A stretch of DNA of 64,000 bases from Candidatus Poribacteria bacterium (GTDB taxonomy: Bacteria > Poribacteria > WGA-4E > GCA-2687025). A model generated the notes under the pieces. It was given only the letters and a program-made list of their open reading frames with translations, did not search any database and was not told where the DNA came from. Position 1 is the first letter of the stretch. Each line of letters starts with the position of its first letter. This document shows positions 38,585 to 48,704 of the stretch, one piece after another. The DNA lies in NCBI GenBank assembly GCA_963665845.2, contig OY762492.1, positions 3,552,001-3,616,000 on the forward strand. The letters are read 5' to 3'. A program made the position numbers and the translations under genes.

Positions 38585-40381
38585 TTACCGATCTAGCTCT
38601 CCGGCGATCACATTCAAACTGCCCAGCGCCGTCACCACGTCAGACATCATATGCCCTTCCAGCAGGCGAGGCAAACTCTGATAATTGTAAAATGAGGGCG
38701 GACGGACGCGAACGCGGTAAGGCGTCCCGCTCCCGTCGCTCACAATGTAAAAACCCAGCTCCCCGTTCGGCGACTCGGTCGCGCAGTACGCCTCGCCCGC
38801 CGGAACCGGAACGCCATGCCCGTCCATGTTCACCTTGAAATGATGAATCAGCCCCTCGATGGAGCCGTACGGCTGGGTCGGGTCGTACGGATGCGTATGG
38901 TCGGGCGTTTTATACACATGCGACTTGTCCGCAAAACGCAGCTTATGGTCTTCGACGTTGACCGGCCCGTCCGGCATGTTGTCCAGCGCCTGTTCGATGA
39001 TGCCGCAGCTCTGGCGCAGCTCCTCTAGGCGGACAAGGTAGCGGTCGTAGGTGTCGCCGCTGGCGCCGACCGGGACCTCAAACTCAAACTCCTCATAGGA
39101 AGAGTACGGCTCCGTCTTGCGCAGATCGCGCCGAACGCCGCTGCCGCGCAGACATGGACCGGTCAAGCCGTAGCCGACCGCCTCCTCGGCGGAGATGACG
39201 CCGACCCCCTGCGTCCGGTCGATCCAGATGCGGTTGCGCGAGAGCAGTTTTTCAATTTCGGGCAGCGCCTCGTCAATGAACTCTTTGACGAAGGCGCGCA
39301 TCATCGGCTCAAACGAATCGGGCGTGTCATGAAAAAGCCCGCCGACGCGCGTATAGCTGACCGTCAAGCGCGCGCCTGCGCATGCTTCAAGAATCTCATA
39401 CGCCTTTTCGCGCTGCTGAAAGGCGTAAAGAAACGCCGTGAACGCGCCGATGTCCAACGCATGCGTCCCAAGCCAGACCATGTAGTCGGCGACGCGCGCC
39501 AGCTCCGCCATCGCGACGCGGATATACTGCGCCCGCTTCGGAACCTCAACCCCCATCAGCTTCTCCACCGCCAGCACATAGCCGAAGTTGTTGGAAAGCG
39601 GCGACAGGTAGTTCATCCGATCCGTCACGACGATCCACTGGTTCCAGTGCATCGCTTCCGCCAGCTTTTCAAAGCCTGTATGGAGGTATCCAAGGTGGGG
39701 CGTTGTGCGGACGATCCGCTCTCCGTCCAACTCCACCTCTAGATGCAGGGTGCCGTGCGTCGCGGGGTGCTGCGGTCCGATGTTCAACGTCATCGTTTCC
39801 GATTCGATGGCTCCCCCGCCGCCGACGGTCGCGTCTTCCTTGCCGACCAGGTTGGAGGCGGAGGTTTCAAAGTTGAAAGCGGCGCGTTCGCCCAGCCCCT
39901 TCGTCGGATAATCTTTGCGCAGCGGATGCGATGTGAAATTGTCCGGCATGAGTATGCGGCGCAGGTCGGGGTGATTCTCAAACGTTATGCCGAACATGTC
40001 GTACGCCTCGCGTTCCGCCCATGCCGCCGCCGCCCAGATGTCGGAGACGGTCGGGGCGGTCGGGTTCTCGTCCGTTACAGGCGTTTTGACGCGCACGCGC
40101 TCTTCGTTTTTGGGGGAGTAGAGATGGTACACCACCGCGTAGCGCGCGCCGTCCAATCCAGGCTCGGCGCGGTTCAGCTGGGACAGGTCGACCGCCGTCA
40201 GGTCGCTCATATGCTCATAGGCGAGATCGCTGTCCGACGCCAGAAGTTGCAGCGCCGCATGGATCGAATCCAGCGCGACAACAGCGCTCCATTCGCCCAG
40301 CGCTTCGCCTGTATGCAGGACAGCGCCGCCGAAGGCGTCTTCCAGCTTTTCGATGGTTGGAGGTTTGCCGTTTGCGCTCAT
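38585..40381 (-). CDS. nuoCD: NADH-quinone oxidoreductase subunit C/D (fused)
   Basis: EREAYDMFGI.F..HPDLRRIL, HPLRKDYP; NIGPQHPATHG, GYLHTGFEK, C-terminal GELDR; start MSANG at 40381. Confidence 0.95.
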   Translation of the reverse strand: MSANGKPPTIEKLEDAFGGAVLHTGEALGEWSAVVALDSIHAALQLLASDSDLAYEHMSDLTAVDLSQLNRAEPGLDGARYAVVYHLYSPKNEERVRVKTPVTDENPTAPTVSDIWAAAAWAEREAYDMFGITFENHPDLRRILMPDNFTSHPLRKDYPTKGLGERAAFNFETSASNLVGKEDATVGGGGAIESETMTLNIGPQHPATHGTLHLEVELDGERIVRTTPHLGYLHTGFEKLAEAMHWNQWIVVTDRMNYLSPLSNNFGYVLAVEKLMGVEVPKRAQYIRVAMAELARVADYMVWLGTHALDIGAFTAFLYAFQQREKAYEILEACAGARLTVSYTRVGGLFHDTPDSFEPMMRAFVKEFIDEALPEIEKLLSRNRIWIDRTQGVGVISAEEAVGYGLTGPCLRGSGVRRDLRKTEPYSSYEEFEFEVPVGASGDTYDRYLVRLEELRQSCGIIEQALDNMPDGPVNVEDHKLRFADKSHVYKTPDHTHPYDPTQPYGSIEGLIHHFKVNMDGHGVPVPAGEAYCATESPNGELGFYIVSDGSGTPYRVRVRPPSFYNYQSLPRLLEGHMMSDVVTALGSLNVIAGELDR

Positions 40382-40385
40382 CTGT

Positions 40386-40769
40386 TCAGTCCCAATCGAG
40401 TCCACCCTTTCGCCAGACGTAAGCATAGCCGAGAGCGAGTATCGCCGCAAACACGATCATTTCCCAAAGGATGAACGGGCTTTCTTTCACCATGTCGCGG
40501 AAGACGACCGCCCACGGATAGAAGAAGACGATCTCAATATCGAAGATGATGAAGATCATCGCGACGAGATAAAATTTGATGGAGAAGCGCAGGCGCGCGT
40601 CTCCGAGCGGGTTGACGCCCGACTCATAGACGGTGTATTTCGCTTCGCCTTCGCGCGGCTTGATGGCAAACCGCGTGATGAGGCGGGCGATGAGAAGGAT
40701 CGCGCCCGCGAGGAGGACGGCGATCGCAAACAGCAGCAGTATCGGAAAATATGTATCAGCGGCCGGCAC
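40386..40769 (-). CDS. nuoA: NADH-quinone oxidoreductase subunit A
   Basis: YESG, FSIKFYLVAMIFIIFDIE..F.YPWA, WRKGGLDW. Confidence 0.97.
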   Translation of the reverse strand: MPAADTYFPILLLFAIAVLLAGAILLIARLITRFAIKPREGEAKYTVYESGVNPLGDARLRFSIKFYLVAMIFIIFDIEIVFFYPWAVVFRDMVKESPFILWEMIVFAAILALGYAYVWRKGGLDWD

Positions 40770-40888
40770 AGGCGCCTTTCATGTAAATCCAACGACAGAA
40801 GCAATCATAGCGCCTTTTGCAAAAAATGCAACGGCGTCAACGCCATACGATTGTTCCAAAGGTTGAGGCGGATGTCAAGCCCGATTTT

Positions 40889-41181
40889 CTGACCTCATGC
40901 GTAAAGTTGGACATCATGACGAAAACCGCGGCGATCTGCGGAAAAGCCGCCGCAGAAACTGTCCGCGTTCGCCCGCCGGCATGTCCCAACTAAAGACGTA
41001 AGGTCAGAAGGCGCTGACCTCATGCTGAAAGTTAGGACATTTGAACTGACGATCGCTCTATTCATGGGAAAAAGGTTTCGCCAACCAGATCGTCATTCCC
41101 GCGTAAGCGGGAATCCAGAGGCGCCGCAGAAACTGTCCGCATCCGCCCGCCGGCATGTCCCAACTAAAGATGTAAGGTCAG
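40889..41181. mobile_element. Two tandem MITE-like elements (family D): 40889-41007 (short) and 41014-41181 (long), the second flanked by AAGGCG on both sides
   Basis: TIRs CTGACCTCATGC...GGACAT / ATGTCCCAACTAAAGA.GTAAGGTCAG; AAGGCG at 41008-41013 and 41182-41187. Confidence 0.75.
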
Positions 41182-41190
41182 AAGGCGGGG

Positions 41191-41219
41191 TTGAACACGC
41201 GGGCGAAGGCTGGTATGCT
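41191..41219 (+). promoter_or_regulatory. Putative sigma70 promoter of the pduL operon
   Basis: TTGAAC-17 nt-TATGCT with TG extended -10. Confidence 0.5.
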
Positions 41220-41259
41220 ATTCCTGTAAATATCAACATAAGCCTGCGGCCAGTCGGAA

Positions 41260-41988
41260 TTGGTGGATAAATCTCTCGTTGATCTCATCACAGCGCGCGT
41301 CAAAAGCGAGCTGAACGCCCCCGCGGTGAACGCTTCCAGGCTCAACGGCGAGCATGACCGCGTACAGTTCCGCAGTTTTGCGGAAGAGGCGGAAGCATGC
41401 CGCACAACGGCGGGGCTGCGCCTCATCCCTGTCGGCGTGTCGGCGCGCCATGCGCATGTGACGCAGGAGCATCTGGAGATCCTTTACGGATCGGGAAGCA
41501 GGCTCACCTCCTACGCGCCGCTGTATCAGCCGGGCGAATTCGCCGCCAACGAAACGGTCGCGGCGGTCGGTCCGCGCATGCGCGCCATTGAACGGGTGCG
41601 CATCCTTGGACCGACGCGCCGATACACGCAGATAGAGCTGGCCCCGACCGACTGCGTCGCGCTCGGTCTCAACCCGCCGATACGAACCTCCGGCGACCTG
41701 GACGACGCGGAACGGATCACGCTGGTCGGTCCAAAAGGCTCGCTTTATATCAAAGCCGCCATCACGCCGACGCGCCATATACATCTGAACCCGTCCGAGG
41801 CGGGTTACTACGGCGTTCAAAACCAGGATGTGGTACAAGTCCGCGTCGGCGGCGCCAGATCGTTGACGCTCGGCAATGTGCGCATACGCGTACATCCGGA
41901 TGTCATCGCGCAGGCGCATCTGGATACGGACGACGCCAACGCCGCAGGTTTGCGCGGCGGCGAAGGCATTGAGCTGATTATCTGTTGA
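41260..41988 (+). CDS. pduL: Phosphate propanoyltransferase (microcompartment phosphotransacylase)
   Basis: IPVGVSARHAH, LYQPGEFAANE, VRILGP.R..TQIE, RHIH, HLDTDDANAAG; N-terminal amphipathic putative encapsulation peptide. Confidence 0.93.
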   Translation: MVDKSLVDLITARVKSELNAPAVNASRLNGEHDRVQFRSFAEEAEACRTTAGLRLIPVGVSARHAHVTQEHLEILYGSGSRLTSYAPLYQPGEFAANETVAAVGPRMRAIERVRILGPTRRYTQIELAPTDCVALGLNPPIRTSGDLDDAERITLVGPKGSLYIKAAITPTRHIHLNPSEAGYYGVQNQDVVQVRVGGARSLTLGNVRIRVHPDVIAQAHLDTDDANAAGLRGGEGIELIIC

Positions 41989-42016
41989 ACATGGCTAAAC
42001 ATCAAAGCGGGTATAG

Positions 42017-42763
42017 ATGAACATAGACGAACGGCTGATTCGGCGCATCATCATCGAGACGCTTGAAAAGGCGGACGCGAAAACGGAACAGGCGGAGGAG
42101 TCTGAATCGGCGCCGTCCGTCGCCGTTGCGTTGAGCGCCGCGACTCCTCCAAAAGCGGCTGAATCGGCGGTACGTCTGCTGATCCAAAACGGCTGCTCCG
42201 TTTCTGCTGTCGGCTGCGCGCATCGCGCGCCTGAAGCGCTGTACGAGGCGGTTCGGAAGCATGGTCTTGACGCCGTGTGCGGGTGCGAGCCGCGCCCGCT
42301 GCCTGACGGCGTTCAAGCGGTCGCCGCTCCGATGTTGAGCCTCGGCGACGCGGCGAAACTGGCGGGCTGCATTCTGGACGACCTGCCTGCAGAATGGATC
42401 TGGACGGCGCTTTCCAACGGGGCGGCGGTGTTTGCGTCGCCTGGGTTCGGTTTTGGCGGAGAGTCGGGTTCCTCAACCGGACGCGCCGCCGAGGAGATAC
42501 AGCGCGAATGCGAACGCCTTGGCGTTCAATGGACGGCGCCGGGCGAAATACATCTCGCGGCGTCGGCGGATCTGAACGCGGCGGGGGGAGGAACGACGCT
42601 GCATGTGCCGAACAGCAGCTCCCGCCCGCTCATCACCGAAGCGATGATCGACAATCTGCGCAGCGCGATTCAAACAATTGTGGTACCCTCGAACGCGGCG
42701 GTGACTCCGCTCGCGCGAGATCTTGCAAAAAAACGCGGCATCGTTTTACAAATGCGCTCATAA
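42017..42763 (+). CDS. Microcompartment-associated flavoprotein-like protein
   Basis: N-terminal IDERLIRRIIIETL (encapsulation-peptide-like), AAKLAGCILD, C-terminal LITE..VTPLARDLAKKRGI. Confidence 0.65.
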   Translation: MNIDERLIRRIIIETLEKADAKTEQAEESESAPSVAVALSAATPPKAAESAVRLLIQNGCSVSAVGCAHRAPEALYEAVRKHGLDAVCGCEPRPLPDGVQAVAAPMLSLGDAAKLAGCILDDLPAEWIWTALSNGAAVFASPGFGFGGESGSSTGRAAEEIQRECERLGVQWTAPGEIHLAASADLNAAGGGTTLHVPNSSSRPLITEAMIDNLRSAIQTIVVPSNAAVTPLARDLAKKRGIVLQMRS

Positions 42764-42764
42764 A

Positions 42765-44138
42765 ATGAACCTTCCTCAAAAGATTCCTCCAAGCGATGAG
42801 ATCGATAGCCCAGAAGCGGCGGCGGCAAGGCTGTTTGACGCCTGCCAAAAACCGCTTCATCTGCCTGACGCCGCGCGCCCGATCGCGCTCTTGGCGGCAA
42901 AAGCGCGCGCCAACCCGACCGAACGCCTCGACCCACCCCCTGATATGCCGAACGAACATGCGCAAGCCGCCCTGTCCGCGGCGATACTGGGCGACCCGAA
43001 ACGCGCCGACAGCGACACGCGCATGCGCTTCGCCCAGATGAACGAAGAGGCGCAGCGGCTTGCCTTTATGGCCGCGGCGTTGTCGCGCCCCGCCGAGGCG
43101 CTGACCGAATGCGCTGTCGCGTTTGTCGATGACACCCGACCCAGGCTTCAGATTTACATCGCCGGTCCAAATGCGCAGAAGGCGGCGCCGGCGGCGAACC
43201 GAGCGGCGGCGGTATGGAACCTCTCCCTGCCGAGAGAGGCGCGCTTCGTTCATGACGACGGCTCAAAACCGTATTATCTGCGCCGCGGCGACACGATGCA
43301 GGCGGCGGCGTATAAAACGCTTCTCCTATTCCATCGAGAATGGAACGAACGCGAGAAGACGCTCCGCCAAGACAACGGCGCGCGCAGCGTGCATCAGTTT
43401 CGCGTCTGTTCGCGGCGCCTGCGGTCGATCTTGCAAACGTTCCGCTCCGTCCTCGGCAAGGAGACCGTGAAACCGTTGGAAAAAGCGGCGCGCGCCGTCT
43501 CCCGCTCTTCCAACCAGACGCGCGAACTGGACTCGCTTCAGCAGCTGATCCATGACGCGAACTGCCCGCGCCTCTCCGAATTCGCGTCGGAGGATCGGAA
43601 AAAGGCGTTTCAACAGAACCGCGGCGCCCTGGACGACGGCGCGATGGATCGGTTCAAGGCGGAGTATGCGGCGCTGCTGGACGCGCTTCATCCGACGCAT
43701 CGGCGCATAGAGCGGGTGGAGGCGCAGTCGGCGCTGCGCGTGGAGGCGCCTCGGCTCGTTCAGCGGCAGTTGCAAGACCTGATTCAGCTGGGCGAAAACA
43801 TCGATTCCGCCGATCTGGAACGGCTGCATGTGATGCGCATCGCTTCGAAGCGTCTGCGTTATTCGGTGGAGGCGCTGCGCGGGCAGCTGCCGAAAAAGGC
43901 GCGCCGCCTCATAGAGCCGCTGATCGAGTTTCAAGACCTGCTTGGAGACGACCGGGACGCGGCGCTTCAAGAGGAGTATATGGAGCGTTTTTTGAACGAC
44001 AACCCCTCTCTTTCTTTTGAAGAGAAACGCGCGCTGGAGCTGCTGTGCGCGGGGCTTCGGCGCAGGCAAACAAAAGCGCGGTCTGATTTTTTGAAACGAT
44101 GGAGATCGTTCGCCGCGCGCAACAAGGAGAACCCCTGA
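42765..44138 (+). CDS. CHAD domain protein (polyphosphate binding) with N-terminal extension
   Basis: VHQFRVCSRRLRS, LHVMRIASKRLRYSVE, FQDLLG. Confidence 0.85.
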   Translation: MNLPQKIPPSDEIDSPEAAAARLFDACQKPLHLPDAARPIALLAAKARANPTERLDPPPDMPNEHAQAALSAAILGDPKRADSDTRMRFAQMNEEAQRLAFMAAALSRPAEALTECAVAFVDDTRPRLQIYIAGPNAQKAAPAANRAAAVWNLSLPREARFVHDDGSKPYYLRRGDTMQAAAYKTLLLFHREWNEREKTLRQDNGARSVHQFRVCSRRLRSILQTFRSVLGKETVKPLEKAARAVSRSSNQTRELDSLQQLIHDANCPRLSEFASEDRKKAFQQNRGALDDGAMDRFKAEYAALLDALHPTHRRIERVEAQSALRVEAPRLVQRQLQDLIQLGENIDSADLERLHVMRIASKRLRYSVEALRGQLPKKARRLIEPLIEFQDLLGDDRDAALQEEYMERFLNDNPSLSFEEKRALELLCAGLRRRQTKARSDFLKRWRSFAARNKENP

Positions 44139-45095
44139 ATGGGCAGATCGTCGCGCTTCCCATGGGCGCGGATGAAACGGCGCGCCGTCATTGACATCGG
44201 AACGAACACCTGCCTGCTTCTGATTGGAGAAACGCGCGCGTCCGGCGATTACGAAATCGTGCGCGACGAGGCGGTCATCACGCAGCTGGGGCAGGGATTT
44301 TACGCCGCCGGGGAGCTGCGCCCCGAAGCGATGGAACGGACGCTTGGCGCCGTCGCGCGTTTTATGGAGATATGCGGCGAGGAGGAGGCGGAGGAGATTG
44401 TTGTTACAGGAACGAGCGCGCTCCGAGACGCCGAAAACGGAGCCGACTTCGTCGACGCGGCGCTGGAGGCGCATGGCGTCGAGGTGGAGATCATACCGGG
44501 CGAGGAGGAGGCGCGGCTCTCCTACCTTGCTGTCCGGCTGGACGACTCGCTGCCGATAACGCCGGAGGCGCTGCGCGTCGTCGCGGACATCGGCGGCGGC
44601 AGCACAGAGCTGACGGTCGGCGCCGACAGGATACGTCAGGTCGCCAGCCTGGATGTCGGCTCGGTGCGTTTGACGGAGATGTTTTTGAAACATGACCCGC
44701 CCGCCGCAAGCGAGACCGCCGCCTTGAGAGAGTATCTGACCGAGGCGTTTGAAGACGCCCCGCCCGCCAACGAAGCGGAGGCGCTGATTGGCGTCGGCGG
44801 AACGATCACGACGCTGGCATGCATCGCCCTGCGCGCGGAAGGCTTCGACCGTTCTCCGCATGGGTACGCTCTCACGCCCCGGAACATATCGGAGCAGATT
44901 GCGCAGTTTGCCTCAATGCCGACGGAGCGTCGAAAACAGATCGAAGGCTTGGACCCAAAGCGCGCCGACGTGATCCTCGCCGGCGCGCTCATCGCTGAAA
45001 CCGTCATGAAGAGGTTTCAAGGCGAAAAAATGATTGTGAGCGCGCGCGGCTTGCGCTACGGCGTCTTTCTGGACAGGTTCGTCAACCAGCCTTAG
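44139..45095 (+). CDS. ppx: Ppx/GppA family exopolyphosphatase (short form)
   Basis: AVIDIGTNT, TSALRDAENG, EEARLSY, DIGGGSTE, GSVRLTE, GVGGT, RADVILAGA, GLRYG. Confidence 0.92.
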   Translation: MGRSSRFPWARMKRRAVIDIGTNTCLLLIGETRASGDYEIVRDEAVITQLGQGFYAAGELRPEAMERTLGAVARFMEICGEEEAEEIVVTGTSALRDAENGADFVDAALEAHGVEVEIIPGEEEARLSYLAVRLDDSLPITPEALRVVADIGGGSTELTVGADRIRQVASLDVGSVRLTEMFLKHDPPAASETAALREYLTEAFEDAPPANEAEALIGVGGTITTLACIALRAEGFDRSPHGYALTPRNISEQIAQFASMPTERRKQIEGLDPKRADVILAGALIAETVMKRFQGEKMIVSARGLRYGVFLDRFVNQP

Positions 45096-45163
45096 ACGCT
45101 GGCAGTACGCGCCTTTCCTCGTTCCCCGCTTCCGCGAGGACATGCATTCCCGCCCCGCTCCTC

Positions 45164-45556
45164 GTCATTCCCGCCCTGCGGTAAAACGCGCGGGAATCCA
45201 GCGTCCAACGCCAGAAGACCATCATTCCCGCCCTTGCGGTAAAACGCGCGGGAATCCAGTGTCCAACGCCAGAAGACCGTCATTCCCGCCCTTGCGGTAA
45301 AACGCGCGGGAATCCAGCGTCCAGCGCCAGGAGACCGTCATTCCCGCCCTTGCGGTAAAACGCGCGGGAATCCAGCGTTCAACGCCAGAAGACCGTCATT
45401 CCCGCCCTTGCGGTAAAACGCGCGGGAATCCAGCGTCCAGCGCCAGGAGACCGTCATTCCCGCCCTTGCGGTAAAACGCGCGGGAATCCAGCGTCCAACG
45501 CCAGAAGACCGTCATTCCCGCGCCCCTCCTCGTCATTCCCGCGCAAGCGGGAATCT
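45164..45556. repeat. Tandem array of six ~58-bp palindrome-containing units plus terminal palindromes
   Basis: Unit GTCATTCCCGCCCTTGCGGTAAAACGCGCGGGAATCCAGCGTCCAACGCCAGAAGACC starting at 45164, 45221, 45279, 45337, 45395 and 45453. Confidence 0.95.
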
Positions 45557-45571
45557 TAAAAGAATCTGCGC

Positions 45572-45820
45572 TCAACGCTCCAAACGGCTGCGGCTCAAGT
45601 CGTCCATCAAGATCGTCATTTCTGCCTGCCGCTCTTTGAGTTGACTCATCTCAACCCGTATCTGCTCCAGCTGGATCTGTATCTGGACCATCTCGTTTTG
45701 GGACGAGCCGCTCCCGCCTTCCCGCCAGCGCGTCACATAATGCATGACGATTGAAAAGGCGAGCAGCAGAAAACCGCACCCTAAAACAAGCAGCAGTAAA
45801 AGGATCAGCCCCGCGCTCAT
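45572..45820 (-). CDS. Small membrane protein (TM + coiled coil)
   Basis: GGAGC RBS, hydrophobic N-terminus, heptad C-terminus. Confidence 0.6.
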   Translation of the reverse strand: MSAGLILLLLLVLGCGFLLLAFSIVMHYVTRWREGGSGSSQNEMVQIQIQLEQIRVEMSQLKERQAEMTILMDDLSRSRLER

Positions 45821-45836
45821 TGCTCCGCTCCTGTTT

Positions 45837-47249
45837 TCATGGGCGGTCCTTCAACGTTTTTTCTCCGCGCATCAGCTCCAGAACCGTATGCTGAAGAATG
45901 GAAAACTCGGACGCGCCGGTCGATTTCAGCGCCTCGTCCGCCTCCAGCAGCCGTTGATACGCCGCGTTCAGCTCCGCCAGCGTGAAACGCGCCGCCTGCG
46001 TCATGACCTTATACATCGCATACGGCGACTGCTTCAAAAGATTCAGCGACGAGTTGCTCGGAAGCCGCTGCGTCAGCGCGTCGTCCCATTTGCGGTACAC
46101 AAGGCTGGTAAAGGCGCGGTAGCTCATGCTCGGCTTGAAGTTAGAGAATTGCCCCGCCGCCTTCAACAGATGCGCCTGCTTCATGAGACGCGCCTGGCGG
46201 ATGAACATGGCGAGTATGCGCAGCGCCGGCTCGCCGTTCATGAGCAGGTTGTGAAGCGCGGACAAGCCCGCCTCCAGTTTCCGCTCGCCGACCGCGTCCA
46301 TCAGGTTGAACACCGTTTGCGTTGAGCTGTCCGTCACGACCGCTTCCGTCTCCGCGGAGGTGATTTTGCCGCCCCGTCCGACATAGGCGCTCAACTTCTC
46401 GATCTCATCCGCGATCAGCTGTAGGTTGTCGTTGGCGCGTTCGCGCAGTATTTTGACCGCGCTCGGCTCTATCGAAATTTGCTGTTTTCTGAGCTGCGAT
46501 TCGATGAATAAGGCGACCGAATCTTTTCCATACCGTTTCTGCGACAGGAGCGTGTCCACATTCGCAAGCGTCCCGCATTTGCCTAAGCGGGTCAAGACGG
46601 TTTTGGGGGGAGGCGAATCAAACCGAAGGATGAGCGTGGACGCGGAGGAGCGGTCCCCCTCCAACCATGCAAAAAAGCGGTCCTGGTCGTTGTCGGCGGA
46701 GGTTTCAGGGATCGGCGCGTCTTCAAGCCGTTCAGGCGCGGCGTCCAAAAACGGCAGCAGGTCGGGCTGACGTTCCGCCGCCTCGGCGCGCAGCGTTTCC
46801 ATCTTCGATTGAACGGCGGAGGAATCGAGCGGCGCGGGGTCGATCTCCATCGCCTTAAACAGCAGCGAAAGGGCGCGCGTTTCGTTGCCTAATGAAAGCG
46901 CCTTTTCCGCTTGGTCGACTCGCTGCATGCGCGTCGGCTGCGCGCCGCCGATCAAGAAGCCGAGGTTTTTGACCGACACGATGCGCCTGCCGCCGCCCAT
47001 CGGCGCGGTGTCAGCCATCGCCGCCAGCTCCTGAAACGCGGCGACCGACCCGTCCAGCGCGTCAAAATTGAAGTCCGCCAACGCGCCCGCGTCCGCCTGC
47101 AGCGCCTTCACTAGGCTGTCATGCAGCCTGTCCAGCAGATACTGGTCGGAGCCGTATAGGGCGTAGAGGGGCGACGTCTCGCCGTTTTTGACCGCGTTGG
47201 ACAGGTCTTGCAGGTTTCTGAGGGCGCCTTGCGTTGAAGTTTGACGCAT
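45837..47249 (-). CDS. holA: DNA polymerase III subunit delta, with an internal insertion
   Basis: PLYALYGSD.YL, FNFD.LDG, PM..GRR.V, EIEKL..YVG, VF.L.DAV, GEPAL.IL, LLEADEALKS. Confidence 0.85.
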   Translation of the reverse strand: MRQTSTQGALRNLQDLSNAVKNGETSPLYALYGSDQYLLDRLHDSLVKALQADAGALADFNFDALDGSVAAFQELAAMADTAPMGGGRRIVSVKNLGFLIGGAQPTRMQRVDQAEKALSLGNETRALSLLFKAMEIDPAPLDSSAVQSKMETLRAEAAERQPDLLPFLDAAPERLEDAPIPETSADNDQDRFFAWLEGDRSSASTLILRFDSPPPKTVLTRLGKCGTLANVDTLLSQKRYGKDSVALFIESQLRKQQISIEPSAVKILRERANDNLQLIADEIEKLSAYVGRGGKITSAETEAVVTDSSTQTVFNLMDAVGERKLEAGLSALHNLLMNGEPALRILAMFIRQARLMKQAHLLKAAGQFSNFKPSMSYRAFTSLVYRKWDDALTQRLPSNSSLNLLKQSPYAMYKVMTQAARFTLAELNAAYQRLLEADEALKSTGASEFSILQHTVLELMRGEKTLKDRP

Positions 47250-47252
47250 CGT

Positions 47253-48254
<1,002 letters not shown>

Positions 48255-48389
48255 TCTGTCTCCTCCATGGATGCGCTGAATTCCCCTATAACATACCGCC
48301 GTTTGACGAAGAGGTCAAGCCTTCGTTTTCCTGAACGCATGCAGAACGTTGGGACGACGTTCTCATCGGGCAAGATTAACGCTATACTT

Positions 48390-48662
48390 ATTCCCTTGAA
48401 AAGGGGCTTCCGACGATCCCCTTTGAAAAGGGGCTTTCCGATTCCCCCCTTGAAAAGGGGGGCTAGGGGGGTTTTAAGGCGCGGACGCGCCGACTGCGAC
48501 GCCTCAAGATTCCCGCTTACGCGGGAATGACGACCGGCGGCGCGGGCGCGGCGGCTTCCGATTCCCCCCTTGAAAAGGGGGGCTAGGGGGGTTTTAGGCG
48601 CGGGCGCGGCGGCTTCCGATTCCCCCCTTGAAAAGGGGGGCTAGGGGGGTTTTAGGCGCGGA
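48390..48662. repeat. Tandem CCCCCCTTGAAAAGGGGGGCTAGGGGGG repeats with one ATTCCCGC..GCGGGAAT palindrome
   Basis: Three full and two partial copies seen directly. Confidence 0.9.
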
Positions 48663-48704
48663 CGGCAAAGGCAATGTTACGGAAGGCACAGAAAGGAACG
48701 CAGC

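Noticed and set aside
12197-44861. Other long antisense ORFs (12197..13240, 14571..16040, 25338..26609, 36361..37656, 43326..44861)
   Set aside because: Each lies opposite a well-supported gene and lacks recognisable motifs
45164-45510. Possible CRISPR array
   Set aside because: Inter-repeat segments are near-identical rather than unique spacers, and there are no cas genes in the window
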